DNA of 64,000 nt from NCBI RefSeq assembly GCF_009914755.1, contig NC_060925.1; one strand, written 5' to 3'. Position 1 is the first letter of the stretch. Each line of letters starts with the position of its first letter. A program made the translations under genes and the position numbers. The notes beneath the pieces were generated by a model. The model did no database searches. It saw only the letters and a program-made list of their open reading frames with translations, and was not told the origin of the DNA. Source of the stretch: the human T2T-CHM13v2.0 reference genome, Homo sapiens. Below are positions 13,038-24,332 of this stretch, piece after piece.

Positions 13038-14338
13038 TCACATGCAAAGGTCCCTTTCTCTCTGGCACCGCTCCCTTTGTATAGCATAGTTTGGCAGCTA
13101 TCTCCTTGCACTTCGGCTACCTGCCAGTGCAGCTGGTACTGTGTCTGGTGCAAACAACAAAGCGTCACTCAGCAACCAGCAGCTCTGCATGAGGCCACTT
13201 TTCTCAGATGACAAAGAAAGATGGGCTATACATTCTACCATTGCTGCCCATTAAAAGGACTCTTAAATTGCATTACTACAAGTTATTGTTAATTATGTAG
13301 TAGTCACTGGAGCTGTAGGAGCTTTCCAGGGAGAACTGTTCGGCTATATGCTGGGAGAAGAAGGAAGTAGGGGAGGGGTTAATTGTTGAGAGAAGGGGTA
13401 GCATGGAGCAAAGACTGGTGATAGGGGAAAAAACTCATTCGCCACGTACAATCCGAGTGGCATGAATAGGGTAGGGCCTTGGTTCTGATGATCACCTCTG
13501 AAGGTTGGTAATGTGACTGATGAAGAAGAAATCAATCAGCTGAAAGAATCTCTCAGATATGCAGTTTGGAAATTGTCCTGCCCTCCCTCCATTCAAAAAG
13601 CTGCATTTTTCCAGCATTTTCATTTAAGAATAATTTTAAGCAATTTATCACTTGGCTGTAATGCATTCGCTCTGGGCTGAAATCAATAAGTCCTGCAATG
13701 TGGAGATAAGGCCTGTTTGAAGGTTGGGGAAGGAGGACCAGAGGTTGCCTATTGTCAAATAGCCAGAAAATTAAAATTAAAGTGGTGTGTTTACTCCATT
13801 TGGCCATCCAGGGTAGAAATACAGCTTTATTGGTGCTGTTCGCATTTTTCAAGGGTGGATTCTTGGAGATATTTTTATTGAAAGGGTCCAGTTTCATCCA
13901 CTTTTTTAGAAATCAAATCAATATATCCATATGCCCTCAAACAAGGAAGAAACCTCTGGACTATTTCTGTTGAATTCCTTTGTACTGTTTTGGGTCGGAA
14001 TTTGTTTTCTCTCTCCCTGTCCCTCTCATGGCTCCTAAGGCGGTGACTGAGGTTTTCAGGTCTGGTGATTCACTGGCTTGTCCCTCAACAAAAAATAAAA
14101 ACACACACAGCTTCCAAAAAGGGTTGGTCGTGGGGCTTTATCAGTCTTCTTTGGCTTAGTTTGAGGTTTTTGGCCATTGAAATGAGATGACGCTGCTCTC
14201 GAAATGTCTGGCAAGTTTTTCATGATATGTACCAAACTCTAACAGGGAGAGGATCCCGATTTGATGTAATTTCATTGCAACAACACAGCAGCACCACTTT
14301 TCACTCTTCCCCATCCCCCCATGCTTCTCCACACTACA

Positions 14339-14373
14339 CCCCCCCCCCCCCGCCCCCACACCACAACCCCTCC
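14339..14373. repeat. Poly-C tract with flanking C-runs (G4 on minus strand / i-motif potential)
   Basis: C13 (14339-14351) then gccccc...cccc. Confidence 0.75.
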
Positions 14374-14809
14374 TGCCAATCCTCTTCAGATTAAAAGGAA
14401 ATCCAAGGGAAACAGGGCACAATGGGGGCAGATGAAAGTCCACAGTCTTTAGTTTCTATCTTTCCTTCTTGTGTCTAATTTTCCGCTTCTTGGTTGTTCT
14501 GATCTCAGCTATTTGCAATAGTTATATATAATTTAACATTATACAAAAGTATTGTCATATCAAACATAGTGAAATGGATTCCAAAAACACCATCTGGTAT
14601 TTGGGAATGCACTGTGAGTTGGGAACGTGAGAAGAGATATTCTTTGCCACTTTGCTTGGGACCCAGCCATTAGCAGTGTAATTGCCAAGAAAAGGTGACA
14701 GGCTCCAGGCTTAAAACAAGTGGGTTCCTCCCCCACCAACCCCCTTCGCCTATTAACTCTTGTGAGTCCTAAGCCAAATTAAAAAGGACTCTGAGGACAG
14801 AGCAATGGA

Positions 14810-14851
14810 GAACAAAAAGAAAAGAAAAGAAGAAAAAGAAAGAAAAAGAAC
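14810..14851 (+). repeat. (GAAAA)n-like A-rich repeat
   Basis: Visible directly. Confidence 0.85.
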
Positions 14852-16304
14852 AACAGAATCTAATGAAAAATAGAGAAAAATATCTGCTGCATTGTTGTCA
14901 TCATTGTTTTGTGAAGACAGTAGAATAAGAGGAAGTAAAATGAGTCCGATACAGGAGGGTGCGAACTGGGGATCAGGTTAATTGTGCTTTAAAGTTATGG
15001 GGTCTTTCAGTGGATTTGCATGATGAGAGTTTTAGTCCAAAGCCTGTTTCAAAATCCTCATTAGTTTTCTCTAATCCACCTAAAATTATGAAGGCCTGGA
15101 TTGTGAAGGTCATCTGTGATGATTCAACCCTGTTTAATTTCATGGGGGTTTGCACCCACTTCTCTATATGAAAAAGAGAATTAATAATTTTGAATTGTCT
15201 TCTCTATCGACAATTTTGGGGACTGTCACGGGAGAGAAACAAAGAAATGCAGACTGTACACTTTTATGTACTTTGCTTAACCAATTTGAAATGAAAGCAG
15301 TTTTTTTTGTTTTTTTTGTTTTTGTTTTTTTTTTGTTTTTTTGCATCCTGTGTACCAAGGAAAAGGAGTTAAGTGACTGGACAGAAATCAGAAAGAGGAC
15401 TTCTTAGCAGGAGATAAAAATAAGGAAACAGCAGGAAAAAAAAAAGCATTTAAACCTCTCATAGCTATACTCAATCTGGCATTCACAACCTGAGTCTGTA
15501 TCAGTTTGAAACTACAAAAATAGTTTACAAGGGTCACAGTCATTTTTTTCTACTCAGTGTGTCAGAAGTTGGGATGTGCGACCCAGAACTGCCATTCCAT
15601 TACACAGAATAAAATGATATCTGGTGGGTGGATCGAAAGCTTGCCAAAGAAGACACAGTGAAAGCTAACCCTCTCAGTCTAGCTCCTGTTTTTAAATATT
15701 TATATCTCTGGCAGACTTTTTGGGGGTAGAGGAAACTGAAAGCTCTTTTGCTATCTGTCATTTCACCCAGGCAAATGAGAGAGAGTCTCACGACTTGATT
15801 TTCCTCGAGTTTGGCACCAGGAACAGGCGATGGCGTTTCTTTGGGATGGTGAATTTCTCTTTGTGGAAAAGTGGCCGGGACCAAGGATTTTTACAAGAGC
15901 CAACAGCCACTTTCCATACCCGCTTGGGGCAGGGCCAACTTCCCATTAGCACTGCTGTTACAGATCGGGCCTGCTTTGCAGCCGGCCAGTGCCAACTGTG
16001 GTCATGGCCTGTTAGGAAACCTACGAGGAAAGCCACCGTGAGCCTGGGGTGGTGGGAAGTGTATCGCTCTAGATCCTGGGCAATCTGGCTCACTAGCTTG
16101 CCTCTCTCGTGAATTCTCTCTGTGATCATTAGTTTTCTTCTTTTCCTCCATCCAACTCTTAATTCCCTTCCCCAAGGAATCGGTCTCCAAAGTCAATTGA
16201 CTGCTGCTTTCTTCTCTGCCTCACCATCATCTATGCCCCTTCCTTAGTTCAGGGACTAGAATATTGCATTAACCTTCTAACTTTGTAGGGCAATACTGTA
16301 GTGT

Positions 16305-16520
16305 GTATAGCAGTGGTGAGGAGCAGGGGCTTTAGAATCCAATAGACCTGCATCTTAATCATGACTAGGCTACCTCCTCATCGTGGCCTCTGCCACAAAA
16401 TAGGAGAATAGCTTATTTCTAGCAGGAATGTTGCATGGACTGCATGAAACAGTCAGGAGAGGATCTAGGACACTAGCAGTCACCTAGTGAGCACTCAGAA
16501 TACTACAATTGTTCTTAACA
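16305..16520 (+). mobile_element. Degenerate MIR SINE
   Basis: gcagtggtgaggagcaggggctttagaatccaatagacctg...tagtgagcactcagaa. Confidence 0.6.
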
Positions 16521-17089
16521 TAATCGACTAATGCATCCAGTTACATCAGAGAGCCTTTTAATGCATCCCTTTTCAGTACCAAGTATCGTGTTATGCTAAG
16601 GATGCAGATAGATAAGATGCAGAACCTGCCCTCAGGGAGTTCTCCATTGAGAGACAAATTCATCAACTAAAAAATCTCTGTAGCTTTCTTCCGCTACTCA
16701 CATGCTTTTTAATTTCCAATTTTTATAAGATTTTTTACAGCATTGTTTGGCAATAACAAAAACAACAACTGTAATAGTAGCGACCACTGACCTGACCTTT
16801 CCCATGGGCCAGGCCCTATAATGATACATCTGCATCTATTACCTATTTTGTTCTTCAGATATATGCTACCAATCATGATTAGCAAAAGAAAAGCTGGGGA
16901 ACTGGACACACTAAGTAACTGTCCTGGGAATACACAGCTGTGATACGTGTGAACCAATGAAGAACAGGAATCATTTCTTTTTGTGTTCTTAGTTGGACAG
17001 ATGAACCTGATTCAAAATTCCAGGATTCTATTCTGATACTGACAGTGGCTAGCTTGTTTCAGCCATAGGGACCATAAAAAGTATTCTTT

Positions 17090-17470
17090 CACCAATTTTT
17101 TAGCATGTACTATATGCTTTTTGATGCTCTGCTAGACACACAAATGATTCAACATAAACTCTCCCCTTAAGAAGAATAAGGACAGTGGAAGGGTAACAGG
17201 ATGCATTAGAGCATTTCAGGAGATGGTGTTTCTCTACTCCAGCTAGGACTGGCCCAGAAGAGACTATCAGAAAGGGTTTGAAGTATGAGTGATAACGAAT
17301 GTGCAGAAATGATGAGGAGAGGTGTTCCAGGTGGAGAGAAACATATGAGCAGAGGCTCGTAGATAGGAATGAGTCAGGTGTGTGCTGATAAGAGTTCAGG
17401 GCTCTTGCAACAGACCCAAGTTAATGAGGACATGAACTTGGACAGTGTCAGGACTGAGGGGAGAGAATGG
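17090..17470 (-). mobile_element. L2 LINE fragment
   Basis: tagcatgtactatatgc...gttccaggtggagagaaacatatgagcagaggc is a typical reverse L2 3' region. Confidence 0.6.
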
Positions 17471-17514
17471 GCGTCCGGGACAATGGTACCTTGCCAAATT
17501 TTATGTGCAAATTT

Positions 17515-17594
17515 GTTGCTTAATAAATATTCCTTGATGAGGACAACATATGCTGTTACTTAATAAATATTCCTGATGAGGAAGACATGTGCTG
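17515..17594 (+). repeat. Imperfect ~40-bp tandem duplication
   Basis: cttaataaatattccttgatgaggacaacatatgctg / cttaataaatattcctgatgaggaagacatgtgctg. Confidence 0.9.
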
Positions 17595-17679
17595 AGCTGA
17601 TGGAAAAAAAAAAAAAAAACGTAATCACTCAGTGCTCAGTTTTTCTGTTCACTCCCAAGAAACCATTCATTGACTTAAG

Positions 17680-17945
17680 CAGCCAAACACTCATTAAGTA
17701 AATGCTCTGCACTACACTAGGCACTGAAAATACAAAGATGAACAAGATATGCTCTGTTCCTTTGAGGAGATTACAATCCAGGGGCAGAGGCAAGCAGATA
17801 AAGAAATAATTCTAAAGTGCTGTGGTAGGGCAGTACAAAATTATGAAGCAGGAACCCTGGGGGCCTAGACAGTGATGTGCTTAACGTGGCCTGGGGCAAT
17901 GAGAGAAAGCAGCACCGAAAAATTGAGGTTAGAGTTAGGGATTGA
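17680..17945 (-). mobile_element. L2 LINE fragment
   Basis: ctaggcactgaaaatacaaagatgaacaagatatgctctgttcctttgaggagattacaatcc. Confidence 0.7.
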
Positions 17946-18137
17946 AAGTCATACTCTTCAAAGCACTTTATGAATCTGCAAAGCACTGTATGAATGTTAC
18001 CTGTCATTTTCCTATTGTTTTTCACAACCACAACTTTGAAGTTGAGTCAGCCTAAGAGGTTGACTTTATTTTTAGAGGTGGAAGAATACCTTAAAAATCA
18101 TACGGTCGGTCCACTGGTTTTCAGATATTGCAGGTGA

Positions 18138-18138
<1 letters not shown>

Positions 18139-18177
<39 letters not shown>
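18139..18177 (+). repeat. (TG)n microsatellite
   Basis: Visible directly. Confidence 0.97.
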
Positions 18178-18179
<2 letters not shown>

Positions 18180-18279
18180 TGCTACTTTATTAATAAAATG
18201 TTATTTCATAATTTAAAATTAATAATATTTACTTCTTCAAGTTCAGCCACAAAGAGCAATGAAGTTATTCTGATGAATG

Positions 18280-18597
18280 CTAACATTTGATATTGGAATT
18301 ATGGATGATATTTGCAAACACATCAGCCTCAGTTATTGTCTTTATTTTGGCATTTTGATTTGAATGCCTGGCCTCACGGAAATTCTGATGGCACTGATAA
18401 GTAGTGAAAGTGGTAACATCTGTGGGCTTCTTGTTTGTTTGTTTTTTGTTAACAGCTTGACTCACAATCTCAAGATACTCTTCATTTAATCTGAGCCAGA
18501 AGCTTGAAGGCAAGATAGTGAGACACTTCTGTTTCAAAGTTGAACCAGTAACAATACCGATGATAGTCCTCGATATTCTTTGACATATATATGACAA
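18280..18597 (-). pseudogene. Fossil hAT/Charlie transposase C-terminal dimerisation domain
   Basis: GIVTGSTLKQK..LPSSFWLRLNEEYLEIVSQAV..TFTTYQCHQNF..TEADV resembles the hATC pattern (D.TLK.KF..LSEFWL.LK.EYPEI...A...LPF.TTYLCE.GFS...RL.AE.D) of Charlie/ZBED5-type transposases. Confidence 0.75.
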
Positions 18598-19298
18598 TCA
18601 GACACAAGGAGCCCAAAACTTGCACCAACATTAAATTTGTCTATAACATGTGATTCACGGGGATCAGCATGTCACAAGTTCACACACAACTGAATTAGAT
18701 TGTTACAGCTTGACAACAGGACTGGCCAAGTAAATGAGATATTTGCCTGCCACTTATTTGGAGTACCTGTGACTCACTTGTGCAATTTTAGATTAAAAGT
18801 CTGAATTCCAGAAAGACCATTGCAGAGCTACAATCTTCCTAATCAACGACATACTTATAAGAAATTAGAATGTACATGCAGATAAGCATTATTATTTTTT
18901 AAACACCCAAGGGATTCCGTGGGCAGTGGAATTATTGGTCATTTGTGGTATTAGTATTTTTCTGTAATAAAAATTTGATGAAAATTATTTTTAAAATATT
19001 TCCACAGAGATTGTTGATGTTTTCTTCTGAGTGCATATAAAAATTAGTTGCCTAGCAGCTCAAATAATTACGTTGTCGGTCTCCAATATAAATATTATTT
19101 GTAAGAAAATATTTATTATAAATATTAATAAATATTTTATATTTATGTTAAAGAATATACTTAAGTCTCTGTGTGTATACATATAGAGACAGAGAGAGAG
19201 ACAAGTATATTCTTTTACATAAATATGAAAAACAGACACAAGGAACCCAAAACTGACACTAACACTAAACATAGATTTTTATTTCAACTTTCAAAATG

Positions 19299-19643
19299 CA
19301 ATCATGTGCTCTTTAATGACATTTTGGTCAATGACATACCACATATATGACAGTAGTCCCATAAAATTATAATACGGTATTTTTACTGTACCTTTTCTAT
19401 GTTTGGATATGCTCAGATACATGAATACTTACCATTGTGTAACAACTGACTACAGAATTCTGTAGAGTAATATGCCGTACAGATCTGTAGCCTAGGAACA
19501 ATAGGCTATGTCATATGGCCTAGGTGTGTAGTAGGCTATACCATCTAGGTTTGTGTAAATACACTCTATGATGTTGGCACAACAAAGGTGCCTAAGGACG
19601 CCTTTCTCAGAACGTATCCCTGTCGTTAAGCAATGGATGACTG
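19299..19643 (+). mobile_element. Tigger3a (MER7A/GOLEM) TcMar-Tigger MITE
   Basis: caatcatg...tcccataaaattataatacggtatttttactgtacc...ggtgtgtagtaggctataccatctagg...gttaagcaatggatgactg followed by TA. Confidence 0.92.
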
Positions 19644-19917
19644 TAGTTAAAATGTTACGAAATGAAATTTGCATCTAACACTGCCACAACAAAACAATTT
19701 AGTTCCATAAAAACACAGCTTGAAAACCAATGGCCGACTCCTAGACTTCCCCAATGGATCATATGCAAGGTAATTTTAGGTGGTATACATTCTTTTTTGT
19801 TAATAATGGTATATTTTTTAAATGTGCATTAAATATTGACTTTCACATTTGCTATCATGATATACATTTTCTTTTACTATTAAATGACTTATAAAATTAA
19901 GAAAGGTGAGTTAATTT

Positions 19918-20512
19918 TTTGGAACTTTTATTTTTAGATACAGGGGGTACACGTACAGGTTTGTTACATGGGTATATTGCCTCAGATAATGAACCCAGTA
20001 CCCAATAGGTAGTGTTTTGACCTTTGTCCCCATCCCTCCCTCTCCCCTCTAGGGTCTATTGTTTCCGTGTTTATGTTCGTGTGTGCTCCATGTTTAGCTC
20101 CCACTTATAAGTGAAAACATACAGTATTTTGGTTTCTGTTTCTACATTAATTCACTTAGGATTATGGCCCCCAGCTCCATCCATGTTGCTGCAAAGAATA
20201 TGACTTCATTCTTTTTTATGAATGCATTGTATTCCATGGTGTATATGTGCCACGTTTTCTTTATCCAATCCACCATTGATGGGCACCTAGGTTGATTCCA
20301 TGTCTTTGCTATTATGAACAACACAGCGATGAACATACAAAGTGCATGTGTCCTTTTTGGTATAATGATCTATTTCCTTTTGTATGTACATCCAGTAATG
20401 GAATTACCGGATGGAATGTTAGCTCCGTTTTAAGTTCTTTGAGAAATTTCCAAGCTGCTTTCCACAGTGGCTAAACTAATTTACATTTCCACCAACAATG
20501 TATAAGCATGCT
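19918..20512 (-). mobile_element. L1PA/L1PB-type LINE-1 3' end
   Basis: ORF 20142-20336 is the L1 ORF2 C-terminus (MFIAVLFIIAKTWNQPRCPS..). Degenerate TSD aggtgagttaattt (19904-17) / aagtgaattaattt (20514-27). Confidence 0.93.
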
Positions 20513-20949
20513 GAAGTGAATTAATTTAAAGCAACTAATAGCACAGGTGAATACAGAAAAAAAATATGAGGGTAATAGATAAATGGCTGAAGTTTAGTAA
20601 ACCTTAATTTAATATGTCCCACTTGTCAATTCAAGTGGGGAACTGGAGGACAAAAATGGTATTCTTTGGTGGTAAATGAGGACTTGCCCCCATTTATCCT
20701 CATTCCTAATCTAGGGGTGGTATCTTTTTCATGCTACAAGAGGTCAAGCATGCTCAGCCCCAAGCTCTAATGGTGTCATGTAACATATGTACCAAACCAA
20801 AAAAGACTTTTAAGTCTCAACTGACAATCTAAAACTAAGCCAAGACCAAATATCTGTAAGCACAACTTCCTTGGGCTTCCCTGAGCATATCTGGATATTT
20901 TCAGTTGCTCAATATGGAAAACAGGATACACAAACAGGCTTAAAATATA

Positions 20950-21290
20950 AAAGACTATATTGGTTCCTGTCACTGAAAAGTCCAAATATAGCATGGCCTT
21001 CAGTCATGGCTTGATCTAGCAACTCAGTCACCCAGATTCTCCATTCTGCCTTCCTTGGAGTTTTAAGGCAAGAATCTCCCTAGTCTCTTCCCCGTTTATA
21101 TCTAACAAGAAACAGTCTCAGCATTCCCAGAAAAAAATAAAAATAAAAATAAAAAAACAAAGTCAGTCTGTTTGAATCCATGTCCATCCTATGACCCATT
21201 CTCAAACCGAAACTGTGGCCAGAGGGTAGGAGACAATGCTTGAATTAACACAGTCATGTGTCCACACCTGGAGTGGAACCTGGAACCCAT
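20950..21290. mobile_element. Old MaLR LTR (MLT1J/K-like) fragment
   Basis: ttggttcctgtcactgaaaagtcc...ttcagtcatggcttgatctagc...actgtggccagaggg...gtcatgtgtccacacctggag. Confidence 0.6.
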
Positions 21291-22129
21291 AAGCTCTAAA
21301 AGGCAATTAGAGGTTGTTGGGATTGGAAACAGGTGAGAATAAAGGCTGGCAATGCAACCACAAATATGAGGAAAGAATAGTAATGTCACTGTAATGAAAA
21401 GTCTCAGATTTGATCTTGGAAAGATATTGGATACTTCCAAGGATTGGTCATAGTCTTCAGAGATATTTATGAAGTACTCTTATATAAAGAGAAAAAAGTG
21501 GTGTGTCTCTAGCTACCATAGATATGCATGGCCAATGTCCACCAGGATATCTGTATGAATTTCTTCTTATTTAATACCACTTTGGGAGTATATATCCCCA
21601 CTACCTTCGAGGCTGGGTCATTGCCCTACTTAAGAATTTACTTACTAGTGGCTTTTTAAAATGAGAGGGTAGTGGTATAAAAATAATCCAATAGAATGTT
21701 ATCTGGAAGCCAAAAAATAAGTAAATAAATAAAACCATAGTTTTGCTATTTGGAGTCGAGATTTAAGGTAGAGGAAAGTTAAATGGCTCTAAGAGGCAAA
21801 GAGCTGTTTTCTAATGAAGGTGTTGGCTCCCATCCTAGTTTGCCTTTTTTTTTTTTAGGACTCCCTGCTAGCCCTCAAAAACCTGCCTTGAGGGCAAACT
21901 CTTCACAGTTCAAAGTTTTGCCCTCGGAAGTAAGGCTGCATTTTAATAGCAGCCAAAAATGGGTGCAATTCCTGGGTAAGTGAATTTCATCCAGCAGTAA
22001 GCAGGTAGAGACGGATTGGGGAGAGTTTTGGATCTTTCCCAAAGCCTCTTGAAAATGTAACATGTCAGTGGCTGCTTTCAACGTTTATAATTGGAAGACT
22101 GCGAATCATAGTCAACTGAAATGTATTAA

Positions 22130-22260
22130 GCAAGGTGCATTCGCTTAAATTATTTTATCTAACCCTCGCATCAAGCCCATGAGGTATATACTTTACCCCA
22201 TTTCACAGATAAGTAAACAGAGGCTGAAGGAATCTCAATGACTTGTTCCCCAGCACACTG
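22130..22260 (-). mobile_element. MIR SINE fragment
   Basis: cccatgaggtat...ccccatttcacagataagtaaacagaggctg. Confidence 0.75.
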
Positions 22261-23724
22261 ACAGCACACTGTTGCATGACCTTGAGTCAGTCCCTTCTTT
22301 CTCAGAACCAGGTCTCTGTCAAAGGAGGCCCTCGGCCCTGGGAATGCCTTCCCAGCTGCCTCTAGCCCTCCCAGGCCTCAGAATGCTTGTTTTGGGCCCT
22401 CCTCTTCCAGGCTGTGAGGTCCAGATCCTGGGCAGATGTCTCTCACCATATGCTGAGGGTGATTTAACAAGGCCAAATGGGCAGCCCCGTGGTTAGAGGC
22501 GCTCTCGTTACATATACGCCGGTTGCTGCGGCCTGGCCAGCTGTCCCAGCCCTCGCCCGCTCCTTCTTGGAGACAGCAGCCTGCAATTGCAGATGCCAAG
22601 CAGCGGAAGATATTTTTAAAGCTACAGCATCTGTCTCCTTGGCAGCCTCCACCCACTGGTGGGCCGGGTGTTTTGGAGTTGCCTTTGGGCACTTCACATG
22701 GTTTGGCATCTGATCCATTGTCTAGGCTGCCTTTTAGAGCTCAGCTTTTTTTGTGGGGTGGAGGGGGGGGTCCCCTAAAACCAACTTTTGATGATGACCT
22801 GGGTCTCCCCTCTCAGTGACATCAGTGTGTCTCTGGATCTTTTGTAATATTTTTTTTTAACTTTCCTTTAAAAAAAAAAAAGAAAAAACAAGTGATGAAA
22901 GAATGAAAGAAAGAGCATTTCCCCTCTGCCAGAGTGGGTTTGAATAGAAAACTGCCCAGTAGCTGTGCAGCTGCCCAAATCTCGCCCACCATGTCCACAT
23001 TCTGACTAGTGCAGAACACGGCTTTCTTGGCATCCAAACTTCCCTCAGGCTTGACTATTCCTCAAATGTCTCCCTGGGGAGGTGAGGGATTTCTTTTTTC
23101 ATTTTTCCCCGCTGCTTTTGCAAAAGACTGTGAAGCTTCCTGTCTACATGCAAATAGCCATTCAAAAAAACAGACACTGACACTTAATTCCCCCTGGCAA
23201 GCTGTATTAAGTTTTTTCCTTCTCTTAGAAAGGTGCATTTTAGGGAAGACCAGCTCCCAGCCTGCAAACTCAGGCCTGGGGACTTGGCCCTGTTTCAGAA
23301 CACCAGTTTGAAGATGACTTCTAGTGAGGATTTCAGGCCTAGTGACAAGAAAATTATCTCAGTTGGGGCAACAGGCTCCTGTGTCATGGGGCTGGGCAAG
23401 GCACCAGCCTGCCTCTCACTCATGACTTGGCAAGAGTGCCGAATGTGGTCTTTTCTCCAGCCAACAGGCACAGGCAGTGGCTACCAGAGGATGCCAGTGG
23501 GCAGGAGTAATCACCAGGGCCCAGCCAGGCTGGCTAGAGGGTGGTGTTTTTAAGTAACCAGCATCACTGGGCACTCCTTGTCCCATTAAGCCACACTGAT
23601 ATAAGACCCAAAGAATCACTAACCCTCACCCCCACCCACAGAGCAGGAGTCTGGAGCTGACATAGGTAACTGGGGTGCATTTCTTCCACTTAAGGTCAAT
23701 GAAAGATAGCAGTATTCCCGCCAT

Positions 23725-23960
23725 ATGATAAGGGAAATTTCTAACACTTCCTCTATACTGTTCTAAGTGCATTATACGTATTTCCCCAGCTAATTCTCAC
23801 CACAACCCCATGAAGTTGCTATAATCATATTCTCTTTACTGATGAGGAAACCGGAGCACTGAGAGAGGCAGTAACTTACCCAAGGTCACCTAGCTACTAT
23901 GGCATGGAACAAGGATCTCAAACCAAATGCTCCACCCCCAGAACCCATCTTCTTGACCCT
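23725..23960 (-). mobile_element. MIR SINE
   Basis: ctgatgaggaaaccggagcactgagagaggcagtaacttacccaaggtcac. Confidence 0.85.
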
Positions 23961-24332
23961 AAAATAAAGATTGATAAAAATGAAGGCTGACTTAAGTTTT
24001 AATTCAACATTGAAAACCAGGCAACTCTGAGTTGTTGGTTCTTATTTGTCATCCTTAATTTGAAATGAAAGGGGATTTAAGAAGGGTGTTAAAGGTAGAA
24101 TATGGGATTGATTCCAAGTATGTAGCCATTCCTGGTATTTTCACTGTGCTTACTGAAGCCAGTGTTCCTTCTTTGCCCCTGTTAGGCAGCAAGTTTGACC
24201 TCAGACTGGTGACCAGGAAGGAGCTTAATAAAAATGAGAGGTATTTGAACAGGAAGCCCCACCTGGGCACAGGCATTTCAGAATTTTTAGTGGCTGCAGG
24301 AAATCCAGTTAAAGCAGAGGCTACTTAAATGT

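Larger units (their letters stand above)
18180..20605 (-). mobile_element. hAT-Charlie family DNA transposon fossil, interrupted by Tigger3a and L1
   Basis: Transposase-like frame at 18280-18597; TIR-like end aaatggctgaagtttagtaaacc at ~20581-20603. Extent between these anchors is inferred. Confidence 0.6.

Noticed and set aside
13272-13305. tactaca...tgtagta inverted repeat as a possible pre-miRNA
   Set aside because: Stem too short; no known mature miRNA sequence recognised here or elsewhere in the window
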